Source: the human T2T-CHM13v2.0 reference genome, Homo sapiens. From it: a DNA stretch of 64,000 nucleotides. The stretch lies in assembly GCF_009914755.1 (NCBI RefSeq), contig NC_060928.1; one strand, written 5' to 3'. The notes below the pieces were generated by a model that saw only the letters and a list, made by a program, of their open reading frames with translations, did not search any database and was not told the origin of the DNA. A program made the translations under genes and the position numbers. Of the stretch, positions 1-17,785 are shown piece after piece. Every line of letters begins with the position of its first letter. Position 1 is the first letter of the stretch.

Positions 1-1380
1 CTTCTGACATTCCTATATATGTATACTGGAACTGAACAATTAAGTAACTCAATGGCAGGTGATGAAAGCCAGGTTTTTCACTGTTGAGGTGGAAGCTTTT
101 AGATACACAAGACAGGAGGTTATAATGATCCATGTGGTAATAGATTAGAGTGGGAACATCAGGAAGAATTCATGTTTAACTCAATATATATCCAAATTAT
201 TACACAAATAAATACTTATAGATATGTTTATATACATGGTTAGCACACACACAAACAATCCAATGCTTTGTTGGCTGAGAGGACCTAAAAGAAACAACAC
301 CCCAGTAGCAACGAGCACACATAGGACCCAGATCTTGGTTTCTAGTACTATTCTCCGATAAAAAAACAAGGGCTTATTGAAGAAATGGCTGATTCTAGGA
401 CTTGGGCAGGAAATACATGAGTCAGGAATACCTTGTAGTGCCAGAAAGTAAGAAAGTGCTCAAAAAGGAAAAAACAAACAAACCCTAATGATGGCAGTAT
501 GTTGAAGTAACATAGGCGCCAATTGAAGAGCTCTCAATGGCCAAAGCCTGAATAATTTGGGCAATATGATATATGAAGTATTATAGGATTGTAACTCAAA
601 GTATAAAATAAATATCCATGAGTCCATAGTGATCCAAATAAATGATTGGATAAATTAATGATTGAGGAAGAAGAGACAAGTCTTCTATGAAGAATTCCAA
701 ATAAATTAGGTAGATACTTCATCCTAATATAGGGGGATCATGACTCCTCACTCCTGAAATATAGGATGCACATATTGTCTTCCCTCCAAAGAGTGCAGTA
801 TAGAAAGATAGATGAAAAGAGTAACTTCACAGTGGAGAAAAACTGAAAAACACTAATTGCGCTAGGTAATTGAGGTCAATATCAACAGTCATATTAATAA
901 ATCATGTAGATAGTATAATATGATTAACAAGTATTTTAACTTTGTGATCTTCCTTCCAAAAACTGAAACTATCTAATTATGAGAAAAACACTGGACAAGT
1001 TCCCATTAAGGAGCATCCTACCGTAATCCTGACCAATACCCCTCACAGCTGTCAATGTCATCAAAAATTAGGTAAGGCTAAGAAACTCACAGCCAAGAGA
1101 AGCCTAAGGAGACATAGAACTAAATGTAAGATGGTATGCTGAAATAAGAAAAGGATACTAGGACAAAAAATAAGAAAATCTGAATAAGCTATGGGCTTTA
1201 ATTAATAATAATGTTCCAGTATTTGTTCATTAGTGGTAATTAAGGTACCATACTAACGTAAGAAATTAATAACAGAGGAAAATTGGGTGAGGACTCTCCA
1301 TATGGGAACTTTCTGTACTATCTGCTCAATTTTTTTGTAAATCTAAAACTCTTCTAAAAAACTACATCTACTTTTCTTAA
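1..1380 (+). mobile_element. Old L1 (L1MC/L1MD-like) 3' UTR fragment
   Basis: Contains motifs typical of L1MC 3' ends (gaaatggctgattctaggacttgggcagg; ends ...ctttctgtactatctgctcaattttttgtaaatctaaaact). Boundaries approximate. Confidence 0.6.
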
Positions 1381-4360
1381 AAACAGTTAGAAATTGAATT
1401 ATTGGCTTTTAAGTGTCAGCTCTTTCTCTTTTCTTTAATAATGGAATCTAACATCATTAAAGTAGAAAAGTTGTCCTTCCAGTGTCCTATGTGGTATTCC
1501 TCTTTAAGTGTGAGATCACCTGATCCAATCTCTAATAATAGTAAAGCAAGGTCAGAACTTTTGGCCACAAATGAAAAATCCTACATCAAAAATTTTACAT
1601 TTTGGGGGTAGGAGAAGGAAGACATATAGGAATTCTAATACTGGAGGACTTCAAGATTTCAAACACTTATAATTTATAAAGTTAAAATCCAATTTAAAAA
1701 CCACCACTGTGGCATTTTCCAAGATGTTAATGTCATCATTCTTTTGCAGAAATAAATAAAATTAAAAGGACTTTAAACTTAACTTCCAAGTGCATGGAGG
1801 ACACTACCACATTTGAATAAGCTCCATCGAACTCGCTTAATTTTAGCATGCTTGCCAAGTACCTATTCTCCTGGCTTTTCAGTTGGATGTGATTGTGGCT
1901 AACCTGGGGCTCTTAGGAAATGACTGCTCCATTGTGCAAAGGTAGAAACGAAGTCCAGTGGATGTGTGAATGCTACATCAGGCTGTTGCCCTTGTGCTTT
2001 GTAGGATGGCAGATCCTGAAGAGTAAAAACAAACAAAACAGAAACCTTCCACTCTTTATGTGTACAAACTAAGCCTCAACAGGTATAAAAATTAAGCCAA
2101 TTTCACAGAGTTAATTAGTAGTGTAATAACAATTCTTGGTTCATGATGCAAGATCACTATTTCTGACACCTAGCTCAAGAGCTATGTTTCATTATCACAC
2201 TGTCTCCTGGTGCCTGAATTCCAGATAGTTATTTAATTAACGTATGCTGTTGTGTTGACTACCCTAATACTATACTCACAAGCATGTACAGGTATGCCTC
2301 ATTTGATTGTGCTTTGCTTTATTGCACTTTGCAAATATTGCATTTTTAATAAATTGGAGGTTTGTGGCAACACTGTGTCAAGCAAGCCTATTGGCACCGT
2401 TTTTCCAACAGCACGTGTTCACTTCATATCTCCGCATCACATTTTGGTAATTCTTGCAATATTTCAAATATTTTTTCAATATTATTATATCGATTATGGT
2501 GATCTGTGCTCAGTGATCTTTGATGTTACTATTCTAATTGTTTTGGCATGCCACAAACCACACCCATGTAAGACAGTGAACTGAATCGATAAATGTTATG
2601 TGTGCCCTTGACTACTCCACCACCCGTTTCCTATCTCTCTCCCTCTCCTCAGGCCTCCCTATTCCTGGACAATCAACAATAGTGAAATTGGGCTAATTAA
2701 TAATCTCTAAGTGTTCAAGTGAAGGAAAAATTGCACATCTCTCACTTTAAATCAAAAGCTAGAAATGATTAAGCTTGGGGAAGAAGGCACATAGAAGGAT
2801 GAAACAGGCTAAAAGCTAGACCTCTTATGCTAAACGGTTAGCCAAGTTGTGAATGCAAAGAAAAAGTTCTTCAAGGAAATTAAAAGTGCTATTCCAGTGA
2901 ATGAACAAATGACAAGAAAGCAAAAGAGGCTTCTTGATGATAAGAGAGAAAGTTTGAGTGGTCTGGATAGAAGATCAAGCCAGCCACAACATTCCCTTAA
3001 GCCAAAGCCTAATCCAGAGCCAGGTCCTTAATCTCTTCAAATCTATTAAGGCTGACAGAGGTGAGGAAACAGCAGAAGAAAAGTCTGAAGCTGGCAGAGG
3101 TTCAATCATGAGACTTAAGGAAAGAAGTTGTCTCCATAACATAAAAGAGCAAGGTGAAGCAGCAAGTACTAATGGAGAAGCTGCAGCAAGTTATCCAGAA
3201 CATCTAGCTAAGATAATTGATGAAGGTAGCTACACTAAAGCACAGATTTTCAATGTACAAAACAACCTTTTATTGGAGGAAGATGCTATCTAGGACTTGA
3301 ATAAGGAGCTAGAGAGAAGTCAATACCTGGATTCGAACCTTCAAAAGACAGGCTGACCATCTCGTTAGGGGCTAATGGAGCTGGTGACTTTAAATTGAAG
3401 CCAATGTTCATTTGCCATTTCAAAAATCTTAGGGCCCTTAAGAATTATGCTAAATCTACTCTACCTGTGCACTATAAATGGAACAACAAAGCCTGGATGA
3501 GAGCACATCTGTTTACAGCCTGGTTTACCAAGTATTTTAATCCCACAGTTGAGACCTACTGCTGAGAAAAGAAGATTTATTTCAAAATATTAATACTCAT
3601 TGGCAATGCACCTGGTCACCCATGAGCTCTGATAGAGATGTACAAGGAGATTAATGTTGGTTTTGTGTCTGCTAACAAAACATCTATTCCACAGCCCATG
3701 GATCAAGGAGTAATTTTGACTTTCAGTATTGTTATTTAAGAAATACATTTTGTAAGGCTAGAGCTACCATAGATAGTGATTCTTCTGATGGATCTGAGCA
3801 AAGTAAATTGAAAATCTTCCATAAAGGATTTACCATTCTAGATGCCATTAAGAATGTTCATGATTTATATGAGGAGGTCAAAACATCAATATTAACAGGA
3901 GTTTGGAAGAAATTGATTCCCACCCTCATGGATGAGTTTGAGGGGTTTAAGATTTCAACGAAAGAAGTCACTGCAGAAGTGATGGAAATAGCACAAGAAC
4001 TAGCATTAGAAGTGGAGCCTGAAGATTTGACTGAATTCCTGCAATCTCATGATGAAACTTTAATGGATGAAGAGTTGCTTCTTATGGATGAGCAAAGAAA
4101 GTGGTTTCTTGAGATGAAATCTACTCCTGGTGAGGATGCTGTGAACATTTTTAAAATGACAACAAAGGATTTAGACTATGACATAAACTTAGTAACTGAA
4201 GCAGCGTCAAAGTTTGAGAGGATGGATTCCAATTTTTAAAGAAGTTCTCCTGTGGGTAAAATGCTATCAAACAGCATCACATGCTACAGAGAAATCTTTC
4301 ATGAAGGAAGAATCAATCAATGTGGCAACCTTCATTGTTGTCTTATCTTAAGAAATTGCC

Positions 4361-4706
<346 letters not shown>

Positions 4707-4842
4707 TCAGCAGCCATCAACATCAAGGCACGAAGCCTCCACCAGCAAAAAGATTATGGCTTGCTGAAGGCTGCAATGATCATTAGCAAGTTTTTAGCAA
4801 TAATTTATCTTTAAATTAAGGTATGTGCATTGCTTTTCTTAC

Positions 4843-4962
4843 ATTTTTTTTATTTCCATAAGTTTTTTGGGAACAGGTGGTATTTGGTTACATGAATAAG
4901 CTCCTTAGTGGTGATTTGTGAGATTTGGGTGCTCCCATCACCTGAGCACTATACACTGTTCC
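4843..4962 (-). mobile_element. Short L1PB-like 3'-end insertion in Tigger1
   Basis: T-run followed by tatttccataagttttttgggaacaggtggtatttggttacatg; flanked by ttgcttttctta / ttgctttctta. Confidence 0.7.
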
Positions 4963-5611
4963 TTGCTTTCTTAGACATAATGCTGCTGCCACAGTGATAT
5001 TATACATATGTATATGTGCTTTACTTTATGTTTGTGTCCATGGTTCTTGGCTTATAACTCCCATAGCCCTTCTTACTCCCACCCCCCACTTGCTCCCCCC
5101 GCCCCCCCACACACATTTGGTCACAGAAGTCTTTTGTGTTGATTGTTGTGCTGGTGTGAGAGCAAAGAAAAAACATAGTTTGAGTTTCTTCTTAAACATA
5201 CATTTCATGAACTACAGTATAGTGTAAATATAATTTTTATATGCACTGGAAGACCAAAAAATTCATGTGACTCTCACTTTATTGCAATACGGCGGTCCAA
5301 AAGCAAACCTGCCATATCTCCAAGGTATACCTGTACTATACACAGAATACGCTTGATACTGCTGATAGTAGAAAAACATTCTCATGGTTTCAACTCATGC
5401 AGTCTTTGAGATAATCCCATTTCTGAAAAGAATGTTTAAGCAAGGTAGTCATCAGGAGTAATTATAACCTCCTTCCCTGAGAACTGTGATTATTAAGCAG
5501 AAGATGAAAATTTACCCATGATTCAATTTCCCAACATGTCACCAATGTTAGAAAGGTAGTAACAAAAGCATAGGATGAAATTGCATATAACACCGCTTCC
5601 TTAAAGAGAGT

Positions 5612-5791
5612 GGCTGTAATCCTAGCTACTCAGGAGGCTGAGGTGGGAGGATAACTTGAGCCCGGGAGGTAGAGATTGCAACCTCTACCTGTAAGCCAAG
5701 ATCGCACCACTGTACTTCAGCCTGGGTGACAGAGCAAGCCCTGTATCAAAAAAAAAAAAAAGAAAAAAAAAAAGAAAAAAGAAAAAAAAAA
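5612..5791 (+). mobile_element. Alu right monomer (AluJ/FRAM-like) with long A-rich tail
   Basis: ctgtaatcctagctactcaggaggctgagg...cagcctgggtgacagagc followed by an A-rich tail. Confidence 0.85.
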
Positions 5792-7936
5792 GATAAATTT
5801 CGGCTATATAAAAGTATTCAATCCATCGTTCAACCATACTTTTTTAATGTCTGCTCTATGCCAAACTGTTTGTAGAATTGGGAACACAGCACTGAACAAT
5901 ATATACCAGAATTGCTTCCTTCAGGGATTTATGTTCTAATAGAAAAGACACAGTAAACTAGATTATTTTTAAAAAGTAAAATGCATACCAATATGATAAA
6001 GGACATAGGAAGAGTTTGGTTGGGATAGAGTGAAACTTTAGGGAGAGAATACTGGTAAGGTCTCAAAGAGAAAGATACTTACGGGTAATAAGTTAACTGA
6101 ATAAAGACCAGGAGAGAGAAAGAGCAACATTTTTGAGGATTTCTTCATTTTATGAATATGAAAGTTGAGGGTGGGGGTAGACTGGCTCTAGGTCACAGAG
6201 ATAGTGTATGGTACAGTTAAGTGGGATAGATCTTCTGACTCCAATCCAGTGTCCTTGAGACTACACCACAATTGCCTCGCACAGGAACCAAAGAATAGAG
6301 ACAGTGAATCTGCCATTTTGCCAACTCCCCAAGTGGGCTCTTTTACCTACCATTAAATGAAGTTTTTCAGACACCAACTATGAATACAAAGAATGTCAGA
6401 AGACAGGGGAAAATATATCCTCTTTGAAAAGGAGAGGACGGGTAAATATGTTTTCTTCAACTGAAAGAAAAGAAAAACCTAGATTATTATCACATATTCT
6501 TTTTTTTTCTTTTATTATTTTTATTTTACTTTAAGTTTTAGGGTATATGTGCACAACGTGCAGGTTTGTTACATATGTATACATGTGCCATGTTGGTGTG
6601 CTGCACCCATTAACTCGTCATTTAGCATTAGGTATATCTGCTAATGCTATCCCTCCCCCCTCCCCCAACCCCACAACAGTCCCTGGTGTGTGATGTCCCC
6701 CTTCCTGTGTCCATATGTTCTCATTGTTCAATTCCCACCTATGAGTGAGAACATGCGGTGTTTGGTTTTTTGTCCTTGTGATAGTTTGCTGAGAATGATG
6801 GTTTCCAGCTTCATCCATGTCCCTACAAAGGACATGAACTCATCATTTTTTATGGCTGCATAGTATTCCATGGTATATATGTGCCACATTTTCTTAATCC
6901 AGTCTATCATTGTTGGGCATTTGGGTTGGTTCCAAGTCTTTGCTATTGTGAATAGTGCTGCAATAAACATACGTGTGCATGTGTCTTTATAGCAGCATGA
7001 TTTATAATCCTTTGGGTATATACCCAGTAATGGGATGGCTGGGTCAAATGGTATTTCTAGCTCTAGATCCCTGAGGAATCACCACACTGACTTCCACAAT
7101 GGTTGAACTAGTTTACAGTTCCACCAACAGTGTAAAAGTGTTCCTATTTCTCCACATCCTCTTCAGCAACTGCTGTTTCCTGACTTTTTAATGATCACCA
7201 TTCTAACTGGTGTGAGATGGTATCTCATTGTGGTTTTGATTTGCATTTCTCTGATGGCCAGTGATGATGAGCATTTTTTCATGTGTCTGTTGGCTGCATA
7301 AATGTCTTCCTTTGAGAAGTGTCTGTTCATATCCTTCACCTACTTGTCGATGGATATCAAACAAATTTCTTGTAAATTTGTTTGAGTTCATTGTAGATTC
7401 TGGATATTAGCCCTTTGTCAGATGAGTAGGTTGCAAAAATTTTCTCCCATTCTGTAGGTTGCCTGTTCACTCTGATGGTAGTTTCTTCTGCTGTGCAGAA
7501 GCTCTTTAGTTTAATTAGATCCCATTTGTCAATTTTGGCTTCTGTTCCATTGCTTTTGGTGTTTTAGACATGAAGTCCTTGCCCATGCCTATGTCCTGAA
7601 TGGTATTGCCTAGGTTTTCTTCTAGGGTTTTTATGGTTTTAGGTCTAACATGTAAGACTTTAATCCATCTTGAATTAATTTTTGTATAAGGTGTAAGGAA
7701 GGGATCCAGTTTCAGCTTTCTCCATATGGCTAGCCAGTTTTCCCAGCACCATTTATTAAATAGGGCATCCTTTCCCCATTGCTTGTTTTTTGTCAGGTTT
7801 GTCAAAGATCAGATAGTTGTAGATATGTGGCATTACTTCTGAGGGCTCTGTTCTGTTCCATTGGTCTATATCTCTGTTTTGGTAGCAGTACCATGCTGTT
7901 TTGGTTACTGTAGCCTTGCAGTATAGTTTGAAGTCA

Positions 7937-8362
<426 letters not shown>

Positions 8363-8365
8363 TCA

Positions 8366-8818
<453 letters not shown>

Positions 8819-8821
8819 TCA

Positions 8822-9445
<624 letters not shown>

Positions 9446-9448
9446 TTA

Positions 9449-10039
<591 letters not shown>

Positions 10040-11031
10040 TCAGTTCAATTCCTGGATATCCTTGTTAACTTTCTGTCTTATTGATCTGTCTAATGTTGAC
10101 AGTGGGGTGTTAAAGTCTCCCATTATTATTGTGTGGGAGTCTAAGTTTCTTTGTAGGTCACTAAGGACTTGCTTTATGAATCTGTGTGCTCCTCTATTGG
10201 GTGCATATATATTTAGGATAGTTAGCTCTTCTTGTTGAATTGATCCCTTTACCATTATGTAATGGCCTTCTTTGTCTCTTTTGCTCTTTGTTGGTTTAAA
10301 GTCTGTTTTATCAGAGACTAGGATTGCGACCCCTGCCTTTTTTTGTTTTCCATTTGCTTGGTAGATCTTCCTCCATCCCTTTATTTTGAGTCTATATGTG
10401 TCTCTGCACGTGAGATGGGTTTCCTGAATACAGCACACTGATGGGTCTTGACTCTTTATCCAATTTGCCAGTCTATGCCTTTTAATTGGAGCATTTAGCC
10501 CATTTACATTTAAGGTTAGTATTGTTATGTGTGAATTTGATCCTGTCATTATGATTTTAGCTGGTTATTTTGCTCGTTAGTTGATGCAGTTTCTTCCTAG
10601 CCTTGATGGTCTTTACAATTTGGCATGTTTTTGCAGTGGCTGGTACCGGTTGTTCCTTTCCATGTTTAGTGCTTCCTTCAGGAGCTCTTTTAGGGCAGGC
10701 CTGGTGGTGACAAAATCTCTCAGCATTTGCTTGTCTGTAAAGTATTTGATTTCTCCTTCACTTATGAAGCTTAGTTTGGCTGGATATGAAATTCTGGGTT
10801 GAAAATTCTTTTCTTTAAGAATGTTGATTGAAAAAGAAAAAAAGCCCAGCGTGAGCGACGCAGAAGATGGGTGATTTCTGGATTTCCATCTGAGGTACCG
10901 GGTTCATCTCACTAGGGAGTGCCAGACAGTGGGCGCAGGCCAGTGGGTGCGCGCACCGTGCACGAGCCGAAGCAGGGCGAGGCATTGCCTCACCTGGGAA
11001 GCGCAAGGGGTCAGGGAGTTCCCTTTCCGAG

Positions 11032-11247
11032 TCAAAGAAAGGGGTGATGGACACACCTGGAAAATCGGGTCACTCCCACCCGAATATTGCGCTTTTCAGA
11101 CCCGCTTAAAAAACGGCGCACCACGAGACTATATCCCACACCTGGCTCGGAGGGTCCTACGCCCACGGAATCTCGCTGATTGCTAGCACAGCAGTCTGAG
11201 ATCAAACTGCAAGGCGGCAGCGAGGCTGGGGGAGGGGTGCCCGCCAT
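11032..11247 (-). CDS. L1 ORF0, antisense, 71 aa, intact
   Basis: MAGTPPPASLPPCSLISDCCASNQRDSVGVGPSEPG...RCVHHPFL matches primate L1 ORF0; CAT at 11245-11247. Confidence 0.85.
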   Translation of the reverse strand: MAGTPPPASLPPCSLISDCCASNQRDSVGVGPSEPGVGYSLVVRRFLSGSEKRNIRVGVTRFSRCVHHPFL

Positions 11248-11699
11248 TGCCCAGGCTTGCTTAGGTAAACAAAGCAGCCGGGAAGCTCCAACTGGGTGGA
11301 GCCCACCACAGCTCAAGGAGGCCTGCCTGCCTCTGTAGGCTCCACCTCTGGGGGCAGGGCACAGACAAACAAAAAGACAGCAGTAACCTCTGCAGACTTA
11401 AATGTCCCTGTCTGACAGCTTTGAAGAGAGCAGTGGTTCTCCCAGCACGTAGCTGGAGATCTGAGAACGGGCAGACTGCCTCAAGTGGGTCCCTGACCCC
11501 TGACCCCCGAGCAGCCTAACTGGGAGGCACCCCCCAGCAGGGGCACACTGACACCTCACACGGCAGGGTATTCCAACAGACCTGCAGCTGAGGGTCCTGT
11601 CTGTTAGAAGGAAAACTAACAAACAGACAGGACATCCACACCGAAAACCCATCTGTACATCACCATCATCAAAGACCAAAAGTAGATAAAACCACAAAG

Positions 11700-12716
11700 A
11701 TGGGGAAAAAACAGAACAGAAAAAATGGAAACTCTAAAACACAGAGCACCTCTCCTCCTCCAAAGGAACGCAGTTCCTCACCAGCAACGGAACAAAGCTG
11801 GATGGAGAATGACTTTCACGAGCTGAGAGAAGAAGGCTTCAGACAATCAAATTACTCTGAGCTACGGGAGGACATTCATTCCAAAGGCAAAGAAGTTGAA
11901 AACTTTGAAAAAAATTTAGAAGAATGTATAACTAGAATAACCAATACAGAGAAGTGCTTAAAGGAGCTGATGGAGCTGAAAATCAAGGCTCGAGAACTAC
12001 GTGAAGAATGCAGAAGCCTCAGGAGCCAATGCGATCAACTGGAAGAAAGGGTATCAGCAATGGAAGATGAAATGAATGAAATGAAGCGAGAAGGGAAGTT
12101 TAGAGAAAAAAGAATAAAAAGAAATGAGCAAAGCCTCCAAGAAATATGGGACTATGTGAAAAGACCAAATCTACGTCTGATTGGTGTACCTGAAAGTGAT
12201 GCGGAGAATGGAACCAAGTTGGAAAACACTCTGCAGGATATTATCCAGGAGAACTTCCCCAATCTAGCAAGGCAGGCCAACATTCAGATTCAGGAAATAC
12301 AGAGAACGCCACAAAGATACTCCTCGAGAAGAGGAACTCCAAGACACATAATTGTCAGATTCACCAAAGTTGAAATGAAGGAAAAAATGTTAAGGGCAGC
12401 CAGAGAGAAAGGTCGGGTTACCCTCAAAGGGAAGCCCATCAGACTAACAGCGGATCTCTCGGCAGAAACCCTACAAGCCAGAAGAGAGTGGGGGCCAATA
12501 TTCAACATTCTTAAAGAAAAGAATTTTCAACCCAGAATTTCATATCCAGCCAAACTAAGCTTCATAAGTGAAGGAGAAATCAAATCCATTACAGACAAGC
12601 AAATGCTGAGAGATTTTGTCACCACCAGGCCTGCTCTAAAAGAGCTCCTGAAGGAAGCGCTAAACATGGAAAGGAACAACCAGTACCAGCCGCTGCAAAA
12701 TCATGCCAAAATGTAA
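11700..12716 (+). CDS. L1 ORF1p, 338 aa, intact
   Basis: Canonical length; MGKKQNRK...NHAKM with the REKG, ARR and YPAKLS motifs present. Confidence 0.95.
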   Translation: MGKKQNRKNGNSKTQSTSPPPKERSSSPATEQSWMENDFHELREEGFRQSNYSELREDIHSKGKEVENFEKNLEECITRITNTEKCLKELMELKIKARELREECRSLRSQCDQLEERVSAMEDEMNEMKREGKFREKRIKRNEQSLQEIWDYVKRPNLRLIGVPESDAENGTKLENTLQDIIQENFPNLARQANIQIQEIQRTPQRYSSRRGTPRHIIVRFTKVEMKEKMLRAAREKGRVTLKGKPIRLTADLSAETLQARREWGPIFNILKEKNFQPRISYPAKLSFISEGEIKSITDKQMLRDFVTTRPALKELLKEALNMERNNQYQPLQNHAKM

Positions 12717-12752
12717 AGACCATCGAGACTAGGAAGAAACTGCATCAACTAA

Positions 12753-16607
<3,855 letters not shown>

Positions 16608-16999
16608 ACAATGAGATCACATGGACACAGGAAGGGGAATATCACACTCTGGGGTCTGTGGTGGGGTGGGGGGAGGGGGGAGGGATAGCATTGGAAGATA
16701 TACCTAATGCTAGATGACGAGTTAGTGGGTGCAGCACACCAGCATGGCACATGTATACATATGTAACTAACCTGCACAATGTGCACATGTACCCTAAAAC
16801 TTAAAGTATAATAAAAAAAAAAAAAAGAATGTTGCAGCCCTCTAGCTGCACTCGGCTGAGTCAGTCTGTCGGAGTCTGTCCTCAGAGCAGGCGGAGTAAA
16901 GGGACTTGAACGAGCCAGTTGCCAGATTATTCTATTTCCCCTCCCTCTCTCCCGCCCCCTATCTCTTTTCACCCTTCTCCCACCCTCGCTCACGTAGCC

Positions 17000-17785
17000 A
17001 TGGCGGAGCCATCGGCGGCCACTCAGTCCCCTTCCATCTCCTCGTCGTCCTCCGGAGCCGAGACGTCCGCATCCGGCGGCAGCGGAAGCCCAGGAGCCTG
17101 CCCTGCCCTGGGGACGAAGAGCTGCAGCTCCTCCTGTGCGGTTCACGATCTGCTTTTCTGGAGAGATGTAAAGAAGACTGGGTTTGTCTTTGCCACCACG
17201 CTGATCATGCTGCTTTCCCTGGCAGCTTTCAGTGTCATCAGTGTGGTTTCTTACCTCATCCTGGCTCTTCTCTCTGTCACCATCAGCTTCAGGATCTACA
17301 AGTCCGTCATCCAAGCTGTACAGAAGTCAGAAGAAGGCCATCCAATCAAAGCCTACCTGGACGTAGACATTACTCTGTCCTCGGAAGCTTTCCATAATTA
17401 CATGAATGCTGCCGTGGTGCACATCAACAGGGCCCTGAAACTCATTATTCTTCTCTTTCTAGTAGAAGATCTGGTTGACTCCTTGAAGCAGGCTGTCTTC
17501 ATGTGGCTGATGACCTATGTTGGTGCTTTTTTTAACGGAATCACCCTTCTAATTCTTGCTGAACTGCTCATTTTCAGTGTCCCGATTGTCTATGAGAAGT
17601 ACAAGACCCAGATTGATCACTATGTTGGCATCGCCCGACATCAGACCAAGTCAATTGTTGAAAAGATCCAAGCAAAACTCCCTGGAATCGCCAAAAAAAA
17701 AAGGCAGAATAAGTACATGGAACTAGAAATCCAACAGTTACTAAAACACCATTTAATAGTTATAACGTCGTTGCTTGTACTGTGA
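17000..17785 (+). CDS. Open RTN3-like ORF in the retrocopy, 261 aa, with frameshifted and extended C-terminus
   Basis: Strong Kozak context gccATGg and no internal stop; a 10-A run at 17693-17702 shifts the frame past the parental stop. Whether it is translated is unknown. Confidence 0.5.

Noticed and set aside
2849-4239. Domesticated TIGD1-like transposase gene
   Set aside because: The reading frame is fragmented by stops and frameshifts; this is an ordinary Tigger1 fossil.
17000-17785. The functional RTN3 gene itself
   Set aside because: Intronless, flanked by a TSD, embedded in an L1 and frameshifted at the C-terminus.
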